64,000 nt of DNA from Candidatus Saccharimonadota bacterium (GTDB lineage: Bacteria; Patescibacteriota; Saccharimonadia; Saccharimonadales; Saccharimonadaceae), in NCBI GenBank assembly GCA_017433855.1, contig JAFRGM010000004.1:18025-82024 (forward strand), read 5' to 3'. The position numbers and the translations under genes were made by a program. The notes below the pieces were generated by a model, which had not been told where the DNA came from, made no database searches, and saw nothing but the letters and a program-made list of their open reading frames with translations. Shown here in pieces: positions 1 to 10,304 of this stretch (positions within the stretch are counted from its first letter, which is position 1; every line of letters starts with the position of its first letter).

Positions 1-682
1 GAAAAATGTCAAAATAATGAGCATCCCACTTGACCTTATGTAGGGTGGAATTAATATTTTGGTGATATAAGTATAATGGCTCATCTATGGATGAGAAATT
101 ATCCGTGTATAGTATTAAAGCTGGCATCATCTCCATATCCTCGTGAATCATGCCTTCGCAAAAAACAAAATTATTTTTAACATACCAACTTTTGCGGACA
201 AAGACTTGCACTGGACCTAGTTCACTTCTAATGAAGCGGCTGCGAAAATCATTGCTAGTTGATAATGGCGCATGGACAATATCACGATGGTTATCGGGAT
301 AAATCTTAGACATTCCAAGCATTACGAAATCTGCCTTGGAAGTTGTGATTTCATCGACAAGCATAGAAACAGCATCATGTCTAATTTCGTCGTCAGCGTC
401 CACGAACCAAAAAAATCTTCCGGATGATTTCTTTATAGCTAAATTTCGTGCGGCCCCAGCACCTGGCGTAGTACATCTAATTGGTTTAACTAATTTTGGA
501 TACTTATTAGCGTACTTATTGATAATGTCAATCGATCCATCCTGTGACATATTGTCAACTACAATGATTTCACTGCTTCCATTGTATTCCTTCAGCGCAT
601 TCACAATGGAAATTAAACAACGTTCAAGATATTTTTCTGCGTTGTAGACAGGTACGATAATGGATACATCAACCCTTGCCAT
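1..682 (-). CDS. Glycosyltransferase family 2 (partial, runs off window start)
   Basis: Manual translation from ATG at 682: [23 protein letters not shown]...IIVVDN.S.DGS...ARN...WFVDADD...IHED; overlaps uvrB stop. Confidence 0.9.
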   Translation of the reverse strand, partial: MARVDVSIIVPVYNAEKYLERCLISIVNALKEYNGSSEIIVVDNMSQDGSIDIINKYANKYPKLVKPIRCTTPGAGAARNLAIKKSSGRFFWFVDADDEIRHDAVSMLVDEITTSKADFVMLGMSKIYPDNHRDIVHAPLSTSNDFRSRFIRSELGPVQVFVRKSWYVKNNFVFCEGMIHEDMEMMPALILYTDNFSSIDEPLYLYHQNINSTLHKVKWDAHYFDIF

Positions 683-2657
683 TTAGAAACTCCTTAATTT
701 TTTGTATCTCGTCGCGAAGCAGGGCGGCACGCTCAAAATCAAGGTTGGCAGCAGCCAATTGCATTTCAGAAGACAAAGACTTCACCAAGTTTGGCAGCTC
801 ATCCTTAGGTACTCTCTTAATATCTAATTTATTTTCAACTTCCTTTTCTGGAATAATTGCACGAAGCCCTAGCGACACATCTTTTTTGATTGAGGTTGGT
901 GTGATGTTATGCTGAGTATTATATTCTTGCTGAATTTCGCGACGACGGTTCGTCTCAGAAATTGCCTTTTCCATACTCTCTGTAATGTTATTTGCATACA
1001 TAATTACGCGTCCCTCTACATGGCGAGCGGCACGCCCGATAGTTTGAATTAGGGCCGACTCGCTACGCAAAAAACCTTCTTTATCGGCATCAAGAATTGC
1101 TACAAGCGATACTTCTGGTAAATCTAGCCCCTCGCGCAATAAGTTGATTCCCACCAATACGTCATAAACTCCGGCCCGTAAATCTCTTAGAATGTCGCCA
1201 CGTTCCAAGGTATCGATATCAGAATGAATGTAGGCCGTCTTTACACCGCGCTCTTTTAAGTGGTCCGTTAAATCTTCTGCCATTCTTTTTGTTAATGTCG
1301 TGATGATGGTTCGCTGATTTTTGGCGATACGCCGGTCAATTTCTTCCATTAAATCGTCAATTTGCCCATCCGAACTGCGGACTTCAATCTCTGGGTCGAG
1401 CAATCCTGTCGGGCGAATAACCTGCTCGGCTGGCTCTGGTGAATGCTCTAGCTCATACTCCCCAGGTGTTGCCGATACATATATCGCTTGCCCCACTCGC
1501 GCTTCAAATTCACCAAAAGTTAATGGTCTATTATCTAGTGCGCTTGGCAATCTAAAACCATAATCCACCAAATTTAGCTTTCTAGCGTGGTCGCCGTTAT
1601 ACATACCACGCACTTGTGGCAGGGTCATGTGCGATTCGTCCACAATTAACAAGAAATCGTCCGGGAAAAAATCCAACAAAGTTGCAGGTGGCTCCCCTGC
1701 TTTGCGGCCATCTAGATGCCTAGAATAATTCTCAATTCCTTTTACAAAACCAGTGCTCTCTAACATTTCCAAGTCGTATTTGGTGCGCTGTGATAACCGT
1801 TCTGCTTCAAGATATTTTTCATGTTTCTTAAAGTAGGCCAAGCGCTCATCAAATTCCGCTCGGATTGTAACTAGCGCTTTTTCCAGTTGGTCGCGTGGTG
1901 TGGCATAGTGTGTATTTGGAAATATATGGATATGATCTGGCTTTTCGCGCAACTCAAAAGTTAAAGGGTCTACAATTTTAACACTTTCTAATGTGTCAAA
2001 CCCAAACTCAAAACGGTAAGCGTATTCACCGTTGGCTGGGAATAAATCTATCGTGTCGCCCATTACACGGAAGTTACCACGCTCAAACGCCAAATCGTTG
2101 CGATGATATTGCATTGCTATCAGCTGTCTAATAAAATCCAATTGGTTTATTGCGGTCCAACCTTCAGGTCCCCGGGTAAGAGGCATAGACATCTCGGAAT
2201 AATGTTCTGGCGAACCAATGCCATAGATGCACGATACTGAAGACACCACAATTACGTCGCGACGCGTTAGCAATGCCTCGGTAGCGCCATGTCGTAAGCG
2301 ATCAATCTCGTCGTTTATGGCCGAATCTTTTTCAATGTAAGTATCGGTAGACGCGATGTAGGCTTCTGGCTGATAGTAGTCAAAATACGATACGAAATAG
2401 TGCACTTCATTGTTTGGAAAAAAATCACGAAACTCGGCGTAAAGTTGGGCTGCCAAGGTTTTATTGTGCGCCAAAATCAAAGTAGGGCGCTGCACTTTTT
2501 CAATAATGTTTGCCATTGTAAAAGTCTTACCGGAGCCAGTAACACCAAGCAAGGTCTGCGCTTTTTTGCCCGCCAAAATCCCATCCACAAGCTGCTTAAT
2601 AGCTTTTGGCTGGTCGCCAGTAGGCTGATATTTCGAGACAAGCTTAAAATTTGGCAT
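669..2657 (-). CDS. uvrB: Excinuclease ABC subunit B
   Basis: [20 protein letters not shown]-terminal [12 protein letters not shown] domain. Confidence 0.98.
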   Translation of the reverse strand: MPNFKLVSKYQPTGDQPKAIKQLVDGILAGKKAQTLLGVTGSGKTFTMANIIEKVQRPTLILAHNKTLAAQLYAEFRDFFPNNEVHYFVSYFDYYQPEAYIASTDTYIEKDSAINDEIDRLRHGATEALLTRRDVIVVSSVSCIYGIGSPEHYSEMSMPLTRGPEGWTAINQLDFIRQLIAMQYHRNDLAFERGNFRVMGDTIDLFPANGEYAYRFEFGFDTLESVKIVDPLTFELREKPDHIHIFPNTHYATPRDQLEKALVTIRAEFDERLAYFKKHEKYLEAERLSQRTKYDLEMLESTGFVKGIENYSRHLDGRKAGEPPATLLDFFPDDFLLIVDESHMTLPQVRGMYNGDHARKLNLVDYGFRLPSALDNRPLTFGEFEARVGQAIYVSATPGEYELEHSPEPAEQVIRPTGLLDPEIEVRSSDGQIDDLMEEIDRRIAKNQRTIITTLTKRMAEDLTDHLKERGVKTAYIHSDIDTLERGDILRDLRAGVYDVLVGINLLREGLDLPEVSLVAILDADKEGFLRSESALIQTIGRAARHVEGRVIMYANNITESMEKAISETNRRREIQQEYNTQHNITPTSIKKDVSLGLRAIIPEKEVENKLDIKRVPKDELPNLVKSLSSEMQLAAANLDFERAALLRDEIQKIKEFLNGKG

Positions 2658-2691
2658 ATGATTATTATATCACAAACCCCTAGTAAGTAAA

Positions 2692-3213
2692 TTAAGCTAT
2701 GATTTCGTCAATTTTGTCTGCCGCCTGCATCAAAATCTCAGGCAACTTGGCTTTTTCTTCTGGCGTAAACTTAGATAATACAAAATCTACGTCGCCCATT
2801 TTTTTGCGCAATTCATCATTGCCGGTTCCCAATCTCAGGCGTGGATAATTATCGGTTTTTAGCTCGGCGGTGATAGATTTTAACCCATTATTTCCGGCCG
2901 CTACGCCAGTGCTGCGGTAACGCATTTTGCCAAAAACGAGATCGAAATTATCACAAATCACCAAAATGTCATCCAGCGCAATTTTATAATATTGCACGAA
3001 TTCGCGTACAGCCTTGCCACTCATGTTGTAGAAATCCTGAGGTTTTATAAAAATCGTATCACCACTTCGCCCCCAGATAGCGCCAAACTTCGGCTGTGCC
3101 GCCCATTCAATTTTGCGCACCTTAAAATAAAAATCTAATGCCAAAAACCCAAAATTGTGCCTTGTAAAATTATATTGATTGCCCGGATTTCCAAGACCTA
3201 CCACTAGCTTCAT
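2692..3213 (-). CDS. pth: Peptidyl-tRNA hydrolase
   Basis: VGLGNPG..Y..TRHNFGF; GNNGLKSI. Confidence 0.95.
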   Translation of the reverse strand: MKLVVGLGNPGNQYNFTRHNFGFLALDFYFKVRKIEWAAQPKFGAIWGRSGDTIFIKPQDFYNMSGKAVREFVQYYKIALDDILVICDNFDLVFGKMRYRSTGVAAGNNGLKSITAELKTDNYPRLRLGTGNDELRKKMGDVDFVLSKFTPEEKAKLPEILMQAADKIDEIIA

Positions 3214-4586
3214 TCGGCTTTGTCCTTTTTGTTTTCACTACGATAAGAAAACATTATCGGCGTACCCATAAACGGATATTTTTCACGAATTCTACGTTCC
3301 AAATAGCGCTTCCAAGACCAGTGCAAAAGCCCCAAATCGTGCCCATGCACCACAAACCAGGGTGGGCACGTATCGGTTTGTACAATGTACTTTGGCTTAG
3401 GACGTGTATTTTTTAATCCGGCCGGAGCATGTTCTACGATTGCTTGAGCCAAAATCTTATTAAGCTCAGAAGTTTTTACTTCTGTACGACGCGCCGCATC
3501 CACTTCAAGGGCCAGCTCAAACAATTGCGCCACATTAGAACCAGTCGCCGAGCTGGTGATTAACACTGGTGCATACGGCAAAAAATTAAAATCTTTTTCA
3601 AGCGCGTCAAGCAGAAAATCCGCCGCTGTACGGTTTTTGACATTTTCCTCACCAAAGAAATTAGTCGGCTCGGCATTCTCCAACAAATCTGATTTTGTCA
3701 CCACCATAATAATTCCCTTACCAGATTCCACGATTTGGCCAGCCAAAGTCTGGTCTAGTTTACTGTGTGGTTCGGTGGCATCAATAAGCAATGCACAAAT
3801 ATCTGCCTCTTCAATAGCCGCCAAGGTTCTGATGGCTGAAAACTTTTCAATTCCCACTTCCCGCTTGCCCGGTCTGCGCAGGCCAGCAGTATCTAAAACT
3901 TCAATTTCGCGCCCTTTGTATTTAATGCCAACACGGTTTATGTCGCGGGTTGTTCCTTGCCTAGAAGACACAATCGCCTGTTGTTTTTTGGCGAGCGAGT
4001 TAAATAGTGACGACTTGCCCACATTTGGACGTCCAATCAGCGCAAGTTTTAGTGCTGGAGAAGATTTAGTGTTGTCGCCAACCTTCTGACTATCAAACCC
4101 CCAAGTACTAGATATGGCATTTTTAAGTTCTTTCATGCCCTGGCCAGTGGTGGCTGACACGTAGAAAGTTTGCTCTGGCGCAATACCCAAGGCACGAAAC
4201 TCTGTAATTGGCAGAGATTCGCCGAGGTCACATTTGTTAAGCACTAAATATACCGGTTTTTTGGAGCGTAGAGCGTCCTTGGCAATGCGGGCGTCGCGGT
4301 GGTCAAAATATTTTGCCGAATCTAATGTTACCAAAATTACATCTGCCGTTTCAATGGCATCTTGAATTTGATCTTGAATAGAAGCCTCAAAATCATCGCT
4401 AGGGTCCTTAAGCCCCGCCGTATCAATCAAAACGAATCTATCATCAATGGTAGTTACCACATTGTCGCGCGTAGTCCCCTCTTCACGGGCCACAATCGCA
4501 ATGTTTTTATGCGCCATACGATTAAGTAGGCTAGACTTACCAGCATTTGTTTGACCAATCAGTGCTACAATAGGTAACTTTTTCAT
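3210..4586 (-). CDS. der: Ribosome biogenesis GTPase Der/EngA
   Basis: Two G domains (GQTNAGKSS, GRPNVGKSS, DTAG twice) and KH-like C-terminus. Confidence 0.97.
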   Translation of the reverse strand: MKKLPIVALIGQTNAGKSSLLNRMAHKNIAIVAREEGTTRDNVVTTIDDRFVLIDTAGLKDPSDDFEASIQDQIQDAIETADVILVTLDSAKYFDHRDARIAKDALRSKKPVYLVLNKCDLGESLPITEFRALGIAPEQTFYVSATTGQGMKELKNAISSTWGFDSQKVGDNTKSSPALKLALIGRPNVGKSSLFNSLAKKQQAIVSSRQGTTRDINRVGIKYKGREIEVLDTAGLRRPGKREVGIEKFSAIRTLAAIEEADICALLIDATEPHSKLDQTLAGQIVESGKGIIMVVTKSDLLENAEPTNFFGEENVKNRTAADFLLDALEKDFNFLPYAPVLITSSATGSNVAQLFELALEVDAARRTEVKTSELNKILAQAIVEHAPAGLKNTRPKPKYIVQTDTCPPWFVVHGHDLGLLHWSWKRYLERRIREKYPFMGTPIMFSYRSENKKDKAE

Positions 4587-4650
4587 ATCTCCTATTATAA
4601 CATATTTTACCGAAAATACCAGTGAAAATGCATCAAAACTAGCCTGAAAC

Positions 4651-4679
4651 TTGACTTTTTTGTTAAAGTATGCTATAAT
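4651..4679 (+). promoter_or_regulatory. sigma70 promoter with extended -10
   Basis: TTGACT-17-TATAAT with TG extension. Confidence 0.75.
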
Positions 4680-4726
4680 GGAAGTATAGGCACCTTACCA
4701 ATATTTTTTTGCAGGAGGTTTTACAG

Positions 4727-5428
4727 ATGAAAGCTGGCAAGGTATATTTGGAGATTGCGCATAAGACGTTGAGTGGGCAAATGCCCGAGGAACAGGTACA
4801 GAAATTACTCCAGGGTGGCAATTTTCAGGAGATCGACGCGTATGCGGGAGTTAAGGAATACATCGAGGCAGGATGTTGCACTATCCGCCGTATTCTTGAA
4901 TCTAGCGACGTGTTCTTGCCTCTGGAATTTGCCGACTACGTTCTCTGGAGCGATACTCCGGAAGAGGACCTCAAATCCAGTATCGTCGTGATCGACGCGC
5001 ACCGCTTCAGCGCGGAATGCAAAGGCGAAATCGCCTATCGGGCGCTCACGTCAGTTCACGACACATGGGTGAAGCGCAACGAGGAGCGATTCTTTGATCC
5101 GCAGTTTGCGGACGAACGCATCTTGTTTTTACGCTCAGAAATGATCGGATATGAGACGCTTGCAGGCGAGTATCGGCACTATGTTGAACCTATTCTCCGG
5201 CTAATCAGAGTCATGCCGCACCTTGACTGGTACATCAAAGATCAGTACCAAATCGCAAAACGGCAGATGATGGTCGTCTATGGCATCCGCGGCATTGACG
5301 ACCTTCAGCACCTGATTCGTCGCGGCGACTATCAGCCCCTGACGGCGATGATCGCCAACGCGATGTATGACGAGGCGCTGTCCTTATCTCTCGCCGAACA
5401 GGCAATGGAGAGAATGCTTGCAAAATAA
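4727..5428 (+). CDS. Hypothetical protein (stand-alone gene)
   Basis: Long ORF; AGGAGG at 4713-4718 supports ATG 4727; own promoter and terminator. Confidence 0.75.
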   Translation: MKAGKVYLEIAHKTLSGQMPEEQVQKLLQGGNFQEIDAYAGVKEYIEAGCCTIRRILESSDVFLPLEFADYVLWSDTPEEDLKSSIVVIDAHRFSAECKGEIAYRALTSVHDTWVKRNEERFFDPQFADERILFLRSEMIGYETLAGEYRHYVEPILRLIRVMPHLDWYIKDQYQIAKRQMMVVYGIRGIDDLQHLIRRGDYQPLTAMIANAMYDEALSLSLAEQAMERMLAK

Positions 5429-5431
5429 CCC

Positions 5432-5459
5432 AAAAACGCCGGTAACCCCGGCGTTTTTT
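5432..5459. terminator. Bidirectional intrinsic terminator
   Basis: AAAAACGCCGG-loop-CCGGCGTTTTTT. Confidence 0.8.
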
Positions 5460-5462
5460 CAT

Positions 5463-5686
5463 GCAAAAAAAGGCTCACTGGAGCCTGTGGTGATCTCGGC
5501 GGGATGAGGAACCTCGCTTCGCTCGGTGCGAACCCTTGGCTCGCCTCCGGCAGAAAAATTACCAGCAACAAAATAAGCCCACAAGGGGCTTCTTTTATTG
5601 CTGGTGATCTCGGCGGGAGTCGCACTGAAAGTCCGACGACCGCAAAAAAGGCTCACTGGAGCCTGTGGTGATCTCGGCGGGAGTCG
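5463..5686 (-). repeat. Direct repeats of tRNA-Glu 3' end (3 copies incl. gene), two including the downstream terminator
   Basis: TGGTGATCTCGGCGGGA at 5488, 5602, 5666; AAAAAAGGCTCACTGGAGCCTG precedes the copies at 5488 and 5666. Confidence 0.9.
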
Positions 5687-5742
5687 AACCCGCGATTTTC
5701 TGGATGAGAACCAGACGTCCTAGACCACTAGACGACGAGACC
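5666..5742 (-). tRNA. tRNA-Glu(CTC)
   Basis: Cloverleaf GGTCTCG...TCTGG-TT-CTC-AT-CCAGA...GGGTTCGACTCCC...CGAGATCACCA. Confidence 0.95.
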
Positions 5743-5775
5743 ATATACTATACCCTAATTATAGCATATTTTATT

Positions 5776-6987
5776 TTAATATTCAATACTTCCGTACTGC
5801 GGCACTGCCTCTACGAAAGTCTGCCCAGGCGCAAGGGCTATTTCTACGCCACTATCATCATAAAATCTAATCTGCTCTGCTACGGCATTCTTGGTCCAGG
5901 TCCCGTGCAAAACTTGTCCATTTTGAAAGACATACGCTTCTCCAGAACCCAAAGTAGTAATATCTTCGTGGTAGCCGTCATAGGCGGCTCTTTTTTCTTG
6001 CACCACCATCGCCACTACCACGGCCGGAGTAAGCTGTTTTAATGTGCAGACATTCTCTGGCTCAACCTCACCCAAATTCTCATTTGGACATTCAAAAACC
6101 TCATGTGGCACACCAGTTTCATAACTGCGCGCATAGGTATTGGTATTGGCGTCATAAACGTAGCGCACATTAAAAGAGGCCCAACCACCAAAATTGATAC
6201 CAATGTGTGTTGCGGTTGGTGTTAATTCTGAAGTATCGCCACTGGCCGGCTCGGTGATTACTAGCTTTTCTCTCACTGTGCCATCTACGCGCGCCTTTGA
6301 TGACTGCTGCGGCGTCATCCTAGTAAAGCCAGTCACATTAGAGGTATTATATCCGTTATCTGCACTAAACCTTGCTAAATTGCCGCTCGTAGTAAACAAA
6401 TTATTCCAAAGCCTGCTACCGGCAGTGCCCCGGTACATATACGCATAGCTCTCGGAAAGATCCTTATAACCGCCATTCCTTACGGCCGCAATCGCGTCGG
6501 CTGCTCCACCTGCGTGCACAATCGTGCAATCAAAAGGTGTATCCCATTGCAAATAATATATCCTCAAAGAGCGAATTGGTCCAATCACAGCCGAAGATGG
6601 ATTTTGGTAAATGGCGGCAAAGCGCGTTATTCCCGCCTCGGCAATCGCCTCAAACACTACGCCAGCCTGAGTCATGCCAACCTGTGGCCTGGCACCGTCA
6701 GTCCCATTTGGGGTTTGAATACAATAGGCGGGGGCTGTTTTGTCGGCCTCGGATTGAATAGCAAGCCCAGTCAGATTACTATAGCTCTCGCTGACCTCTG
6801 CGCTTGGAATTTGCGGAAAAGACAATTCTGGCAAAACCTCTTTTGGTAAGAGAAAAGGCAAGGCAAAAAGCACCGCACCACCAATTAGGCAAACAATGCC
6901 ACCAATTATCATTACGATTCCCGCCCTAGACTTTGGGGTTGATTTTGGTTCTTCTAGCTGTTTGTTATCTATAGCTTTTTCTTGCAT
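5776..6987 (-). CDS. DUF3048/YerB-like membrane-anchored protein
   Basis: N-terminal TM; ARPQVG...AEAGITRF...GPIRSLR; start may instead be 7020. Confidence 0.8.
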   Translation of the reverse strand: MQEKAIDNKQLEEPKSTPKSRAGIVMIIGGIVCLIGGAVLFALPFLLPKEVLPELSFPQIPSAEVSESYSNLTGLAIQSEADKTAPAYCIQTPNGTDGARPQVGMTQAGVVFEAIAEAGITRFAAIYQNPSSAVIGPIRSLRIYYLQWDTPFDCTIVHAGGAADAIAAVRNGGYKDLSESYAYMYRGTAGSRLWNNLFTTSGNLARFSADNGYNTSNVTGFTRMTPQQSSKARVDGTVREKLVITEPASGDTSELTPTATHIGINFGGWASFNVRYVYDANTNTYARSYETGVPHEVFECPNENLGEVEPENVCTLKQLTPAVVVAMVVQEKRAAYDGYHEDITTLGSGEAYVFQNGQVLHGTWTKNAVAEQIRFYDDSGVEIALAPGQTFVEAVPQYGSIEY

Positions 6988-7063
6988 GTCATTTTTCCGC
7001 TTATGTTTTAATTTTACCATAAAAATCTTGCATATTTCAAAAAGGCTGTGCTATAATAAACTT

Positions 7064-7951
7064 ATGATTAGTAAGGCAACAAGGATAAACAGTATTATTA
7101 TTCTAGCGGTCACATTACTTTCTTCTATTATCGTAAAGTCTGGGTCTAGCAAGGTTAGTGCAGCTGGAACAGATTTCAAAATTAGCGTTCAAGACGAAAT
7201 AACAGTTAATATAGATGAGCCAGTTAACGTCGAGAATTCTTACGGTGCCATTATCAAGAAGGTCGGCATCAGTGTCTCGTCCAATTCGGATGGCTATACG
7301 GCTACTATGTCTACTGCTACTAACGAAAACCGGCTCATAGAAGTTAATAACTCCAGCTTGTATTTTAATATGCTAGGAAACGAATTTAGCATCACCTCTG
7401 CTTCCATGGATAATATGTGGGGCTGGAATGTAGTTAATAAAGGCGCCGCAATTCCTGTCACCTACGATGGTATGGCTACTGCCGAAGAAGAAATTGGCTC
7501 TTATGTCCTTGCTGGCACCCAAGCTACCACTACCGAGAAAGATATTTATTTTGCCGCCAAGCCTACGGCTACTACCTCCGCTGGTACTTATACGAACTCT
7601 GTTGTTATTAGTGTAGTGGCTGGTTATACCCCACCAGAAGATGCCGCATCTACGCCTACCAATACCGCCAACACATCCTCTGTGGCCCGTGTCAGCCGCA
7701 CTCTCAATGTCGCATCAGACACCGGGGACGACGAGGAATCTACTAGTAGTAAGTCTTCCGTTTCGGTTAATACCACCAATAATAGCCAATATGATAGTTA
7801 TGACGACCCGCTAGGCGAAACTTCTACCAGTATCAACGAAGGCACTCCTCTTGCCACCGGCCTAGCTGTTACTGCTGGTGTTGCTGCCACTACCGGCATT
7901 ATTCTCTTTGCCATTGCCAAGCGCAAGGAAGACGACGACGAAGATTACTAA
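7064..7951 (+). CDS. Secreted surface protein, WxL-like domain, C-terminal TM anchor
   Basis: Signal-like N-terminus after TGCTATAAT; WGWN and AGTYTNSVVISV motifs; S/T linker; TM then KRK. Confidence 0.7.
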   Translation: MISKATRINSIIILAVTLLSSIIVKSGSSKVSAAGTDFKISVQDEITVNIDEPVNVENSYGAIIKKVGISVSSNSDGYTATMSTATNENRLIEVNNSSLYFNMLGNEFSITSASMDNMWGWNVVNKGAAIPVTYDGMATAEEEIGSYVLAGTQATTTEKDIYFAAKPTATTSAGTYTNSVVISVVAGYTPPEDAASTPTNTANTSSVARVSRTLNVASDTGDDEESTSSKSSVSVNTTNNSQYDSYDDPLGETSTSINEGTPLATGLAVTAGVAATTGIILFAIAKRKEDDDEDY

Positions 7952-7965
7952 TCGTAAATGCACAC

Positions 7966-7998
7966 AAAATAGCACCGATCCCATTCGGTGCTATTTTT
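7966..7998. terminator. Bidirectional terminator between convergent genes
   Basis: AAAATAGCACCGA-loop-TCGGTGCTATTTTT. Confidence 0.85.
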
Positions 7999-8012
7999 AT
8001 AAAGTCTAAGAC

Positions 8013-9455
8013 TTAGATGGCGCGGGCTACTTTGTTTAACCTTGCCATGGTCACCTCGCGCCCAAGAGTAGCCATAGTTAAGTTAAGAGCCGGGCTAAAT
8101 GGTGCAAAAGATATTGCTATGCGAATTAGTGAAAATAGTTCGGCTGGCTTTTTGCCAGTAGATACTAGCAGCTGATTGAGTGTTTCTTGAATAGAGTCGG
8201 CCGACCAATCCGTTACTTCACTAAGCGCAGCAATCGTCTGTTTCAAGAGAGTCTCAATTTCTGCCTCAGAGAGCTTCTTAAGATACTTATTGCTAATTAG
8301 CATATCCAAATCTATCTGAGGATCGGCAAAAAAGTAGGCGGTCATATTGCGTAAATCAGAGAGGGTCTTTAAGCGGTCATAAATAATTGTGAGCACTGCC
8401 TTGCGATAATCTTCAGAATACGAAGCTGCCGCTTCTGGCCAAAAGTTTACCGTCCTGTCATACAGAGCCTCAATGCCCTGCTCTGTAGCAATCTTTCTAA
8501 TCCACTGTCCATTCATCCAAAGTAATTTAGTTTCATCGTATCGCGCCCCAGAACTTTGAATGCGATCCAGTGAGAACTTTTCAATCAAATCTTGCTTCGT
8601 ATAAATCTCTTGTTCGGTGCCATCATTCCAGCCTAAACATGCCAGATAATTCAGCATGGCTTCTGGCAATACGCCGTCCTCGCGATATTCTGTTACCGAC
8701 TTAGCCCCATCACGTTTGCCAAGTTTTTTGTTCCCTTGCGGAGCTAGAATATGCGGTAACGATACAAACACTGGACGCTCCAGCCCTAGCGCCTCGTAAA
8801 TAGCTAGATAATTTGGCGTACTAGATAAATACTCTACACCACGCATCACGTGAGTTACTCCCATTTCGGTATCATCCACAATGTGTGCAAAATTATAAGT
8901 TGGGAACCCATCTGCTTTAATTAAGATAATATCGTCCAAGACTTCTGGGCCAGTATGCATCTCACCCATCACAGCATCGGTCCAAGAGTAGGCTTTCGGC
9001 TCACTCTTGAATCTAATTGGCATACCAGGCTCCCAGGCCGGCGGATTCTCTGGCCTAAAGTTTCGATAAAGAAATGGCTTCTTTTCTGCATTGCATTTTG
9101 CGCGATATTCCTCAATCTTCTCGGATGGAGTAGGGTCGGCATAAGCGCGGCCAGAATCTATAAGTTTTTTTGCCCATTTAATATATAAGTCTGTTCTTTC
9201 ACTCTGAAAATATGGGCCATTTGGTCCACCCACTAGCGGGCCTTCATCCCACTCCAGACCTAGCCACTTCAAAGTATCTTCTATAAGCTCGGTTGCACCT
9301 TCTACATAGCGGGTACGATCGGTATCTTCAATTCTTAAAATCATTTTTCCGCCAGTTTGTCTGGCCACCAAATATGGGTAAATCGCACTCCGTACATTAC
9401 CAATATGAATGTAGCCAGTAGGGCTGGGTGCAAAACGAGTTATAGCTTCTTTCAT
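8013..9455 (-). CDS. gltX: Glutamate--tRNA ligase
   Basis: RFAPSPTG, HIGN, LRIEDTD, KLGKR. Confidence 0.97.
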   Translation of the reverse strand: MKEAITRFAPSPTGYIHIGNVRSAIYPYLVARQTGGKMILRIEDTDRTRYVEGATELIEDTLKWLGLEWDEGPLVGGPNGPYFQSERTDLYIKWAKKLIDSGRAYADPTPSEKIEEYRAKCNAEKKPFLYRNFRPENPPAWEPGMPIRFKSEPKAYSWTDAVMGEMHTGPEVLDDIILIKADGFPTYNFAHIVDDTEMGVTHVMRGVEYLSSTPNYLAIYEALGLERPVFVSLPHILAPQGNKKLGKRDGAKSVTEYREDGVLPEAMLNYLACLGWNDGTEQEIYTKQDLIEKFSLDRIQSSGARYDETKLLWMNGQWIRKIATEQGIEALYDRTVNFWPEAAASYSEDYRKAVLTIIYDRLKTLSDLRNMTAYFFADPQIDLDMLISNKYLKKLSEAEIETLLKQTIAALSEVTDWSADSIQETLNQLLVSTGKKPAELFSLIRIAISFAPFSPALNLTMATLGREVTMARLNKVARAI

Positions 9456-9475
9456 AACTACTTATTATAGCACTT

Positions 9476-10213
9476 TTATAAAGAAACCGCAATTGCCTTG
9501 ATCTGCTTTTTGGTTAAACTACCAGAGGTAGTATCTAGCGTGTAAGTAATGCCGCCATTGGCCCAACAAGCGTCACTGCCACTAATGTAGAGTGTTAAGC
9601 CCTGCTCTACTATTTCTGCGTAGTTATCACCGTAAGTTTGGCGCACAAAATTGTTCAACAAGGCCTTTGAGTCCCAATCTGTTTTTTCCTCGATAAGCGT
9701 GAATGCATCGCCGGTAGAAGGATTTTTGAAATTCATGGTAATCTTGCCATTTTCAGAAGTAATGTCAGACAGACTAAAATCGCGCGGTACATAGGAAGGA
9801 TAAGAGGCTTCAATGCCGGACTGCATTGCTGCAACCTTCAAAGAAACATTTGGGGAGTTAAGATTGACAAAATAAACAATCGCGAACACTGCCGCCCCGG
9901 CGCAGACTAATGCGAGTAGAATTCGCTTAAACCCAAAATGCACTTTATAGCTACTACGCTTAGCGCGTTGAGAAGCCGTAGAGGTAGCCGCCTCAACTAA
10001 AGCGCGGTCTACCGCAGTTTGACGTTTCAAGTCCGCCTCTTCTGGTGCTACATCATGGATGATTGATTCAATTTGAACCGGGCTGTCATCTATCACCTCC
10101 TCTGCAACGATAGGCTGCGGTCTCTGGTGCTTGATATTCTTCTGATTGCGTGCAGAGAATTGTATTTTCCGATGCACTGAAGTACCTTTCTGTTTTTGGG
10201 CAATATTTGCCAT
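9476..10213 (-). CDS. Single-pass membrane protein (DUF4367-like C-terminus)
   Basis: TM segment then YPSYVP..F motif. Confidence 0.6.
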   Translation of the reverse strand: MANIAQKQKGTSVHRKIQFSARNQKNIKHQRPQPIVAEEVIDDSPVQIESIIHDVAPEEADLKRQTAVDRALVEAATSTASQRAKRSSYKVHFGFKRILLALVCAGAAVFAIVYFVNLNSPNVSLKVAAMQSGIEASYPSYVPRDFSLSDITSENGKITMNFKNPSTGDAFTLIEEKTDWDSKALLNNFVRQTYGDNYAEIVEQGLTLYISGSDACWANGGITYTLDTTSGSLTKKQIKAIAVSL

Positions 10214-10304
10214 TTTCTACCTCGCTTAATACTTATTCCTATAATACACGACTGCACACTAAAATGCAAGCGTTAATTTTGGCGCTATATGTTATAATAA
10301 AGAT

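Noticed and set aside
150-180. Possible poly-T phase-variation frameshift in the GT2 gene
   Set aside because: Recounting shows the frame stays open ([13 protein letters not shown])
669-671. Alternative genetic code (UGA=Gly)
   Set aside because: UGA terminates genes at expected positions (uvrB, der, frr) and long ORFs are intact under code 11
5463-5686. CRISPR-like repeat array
   Set aside because: Repeats are tRNA 3' ends with irregular spacing; no cas genes
5665-6042. 125-aa ORF
   Set aside because: Antisense translation of tRNA-Glu and the DUF3048 gene end
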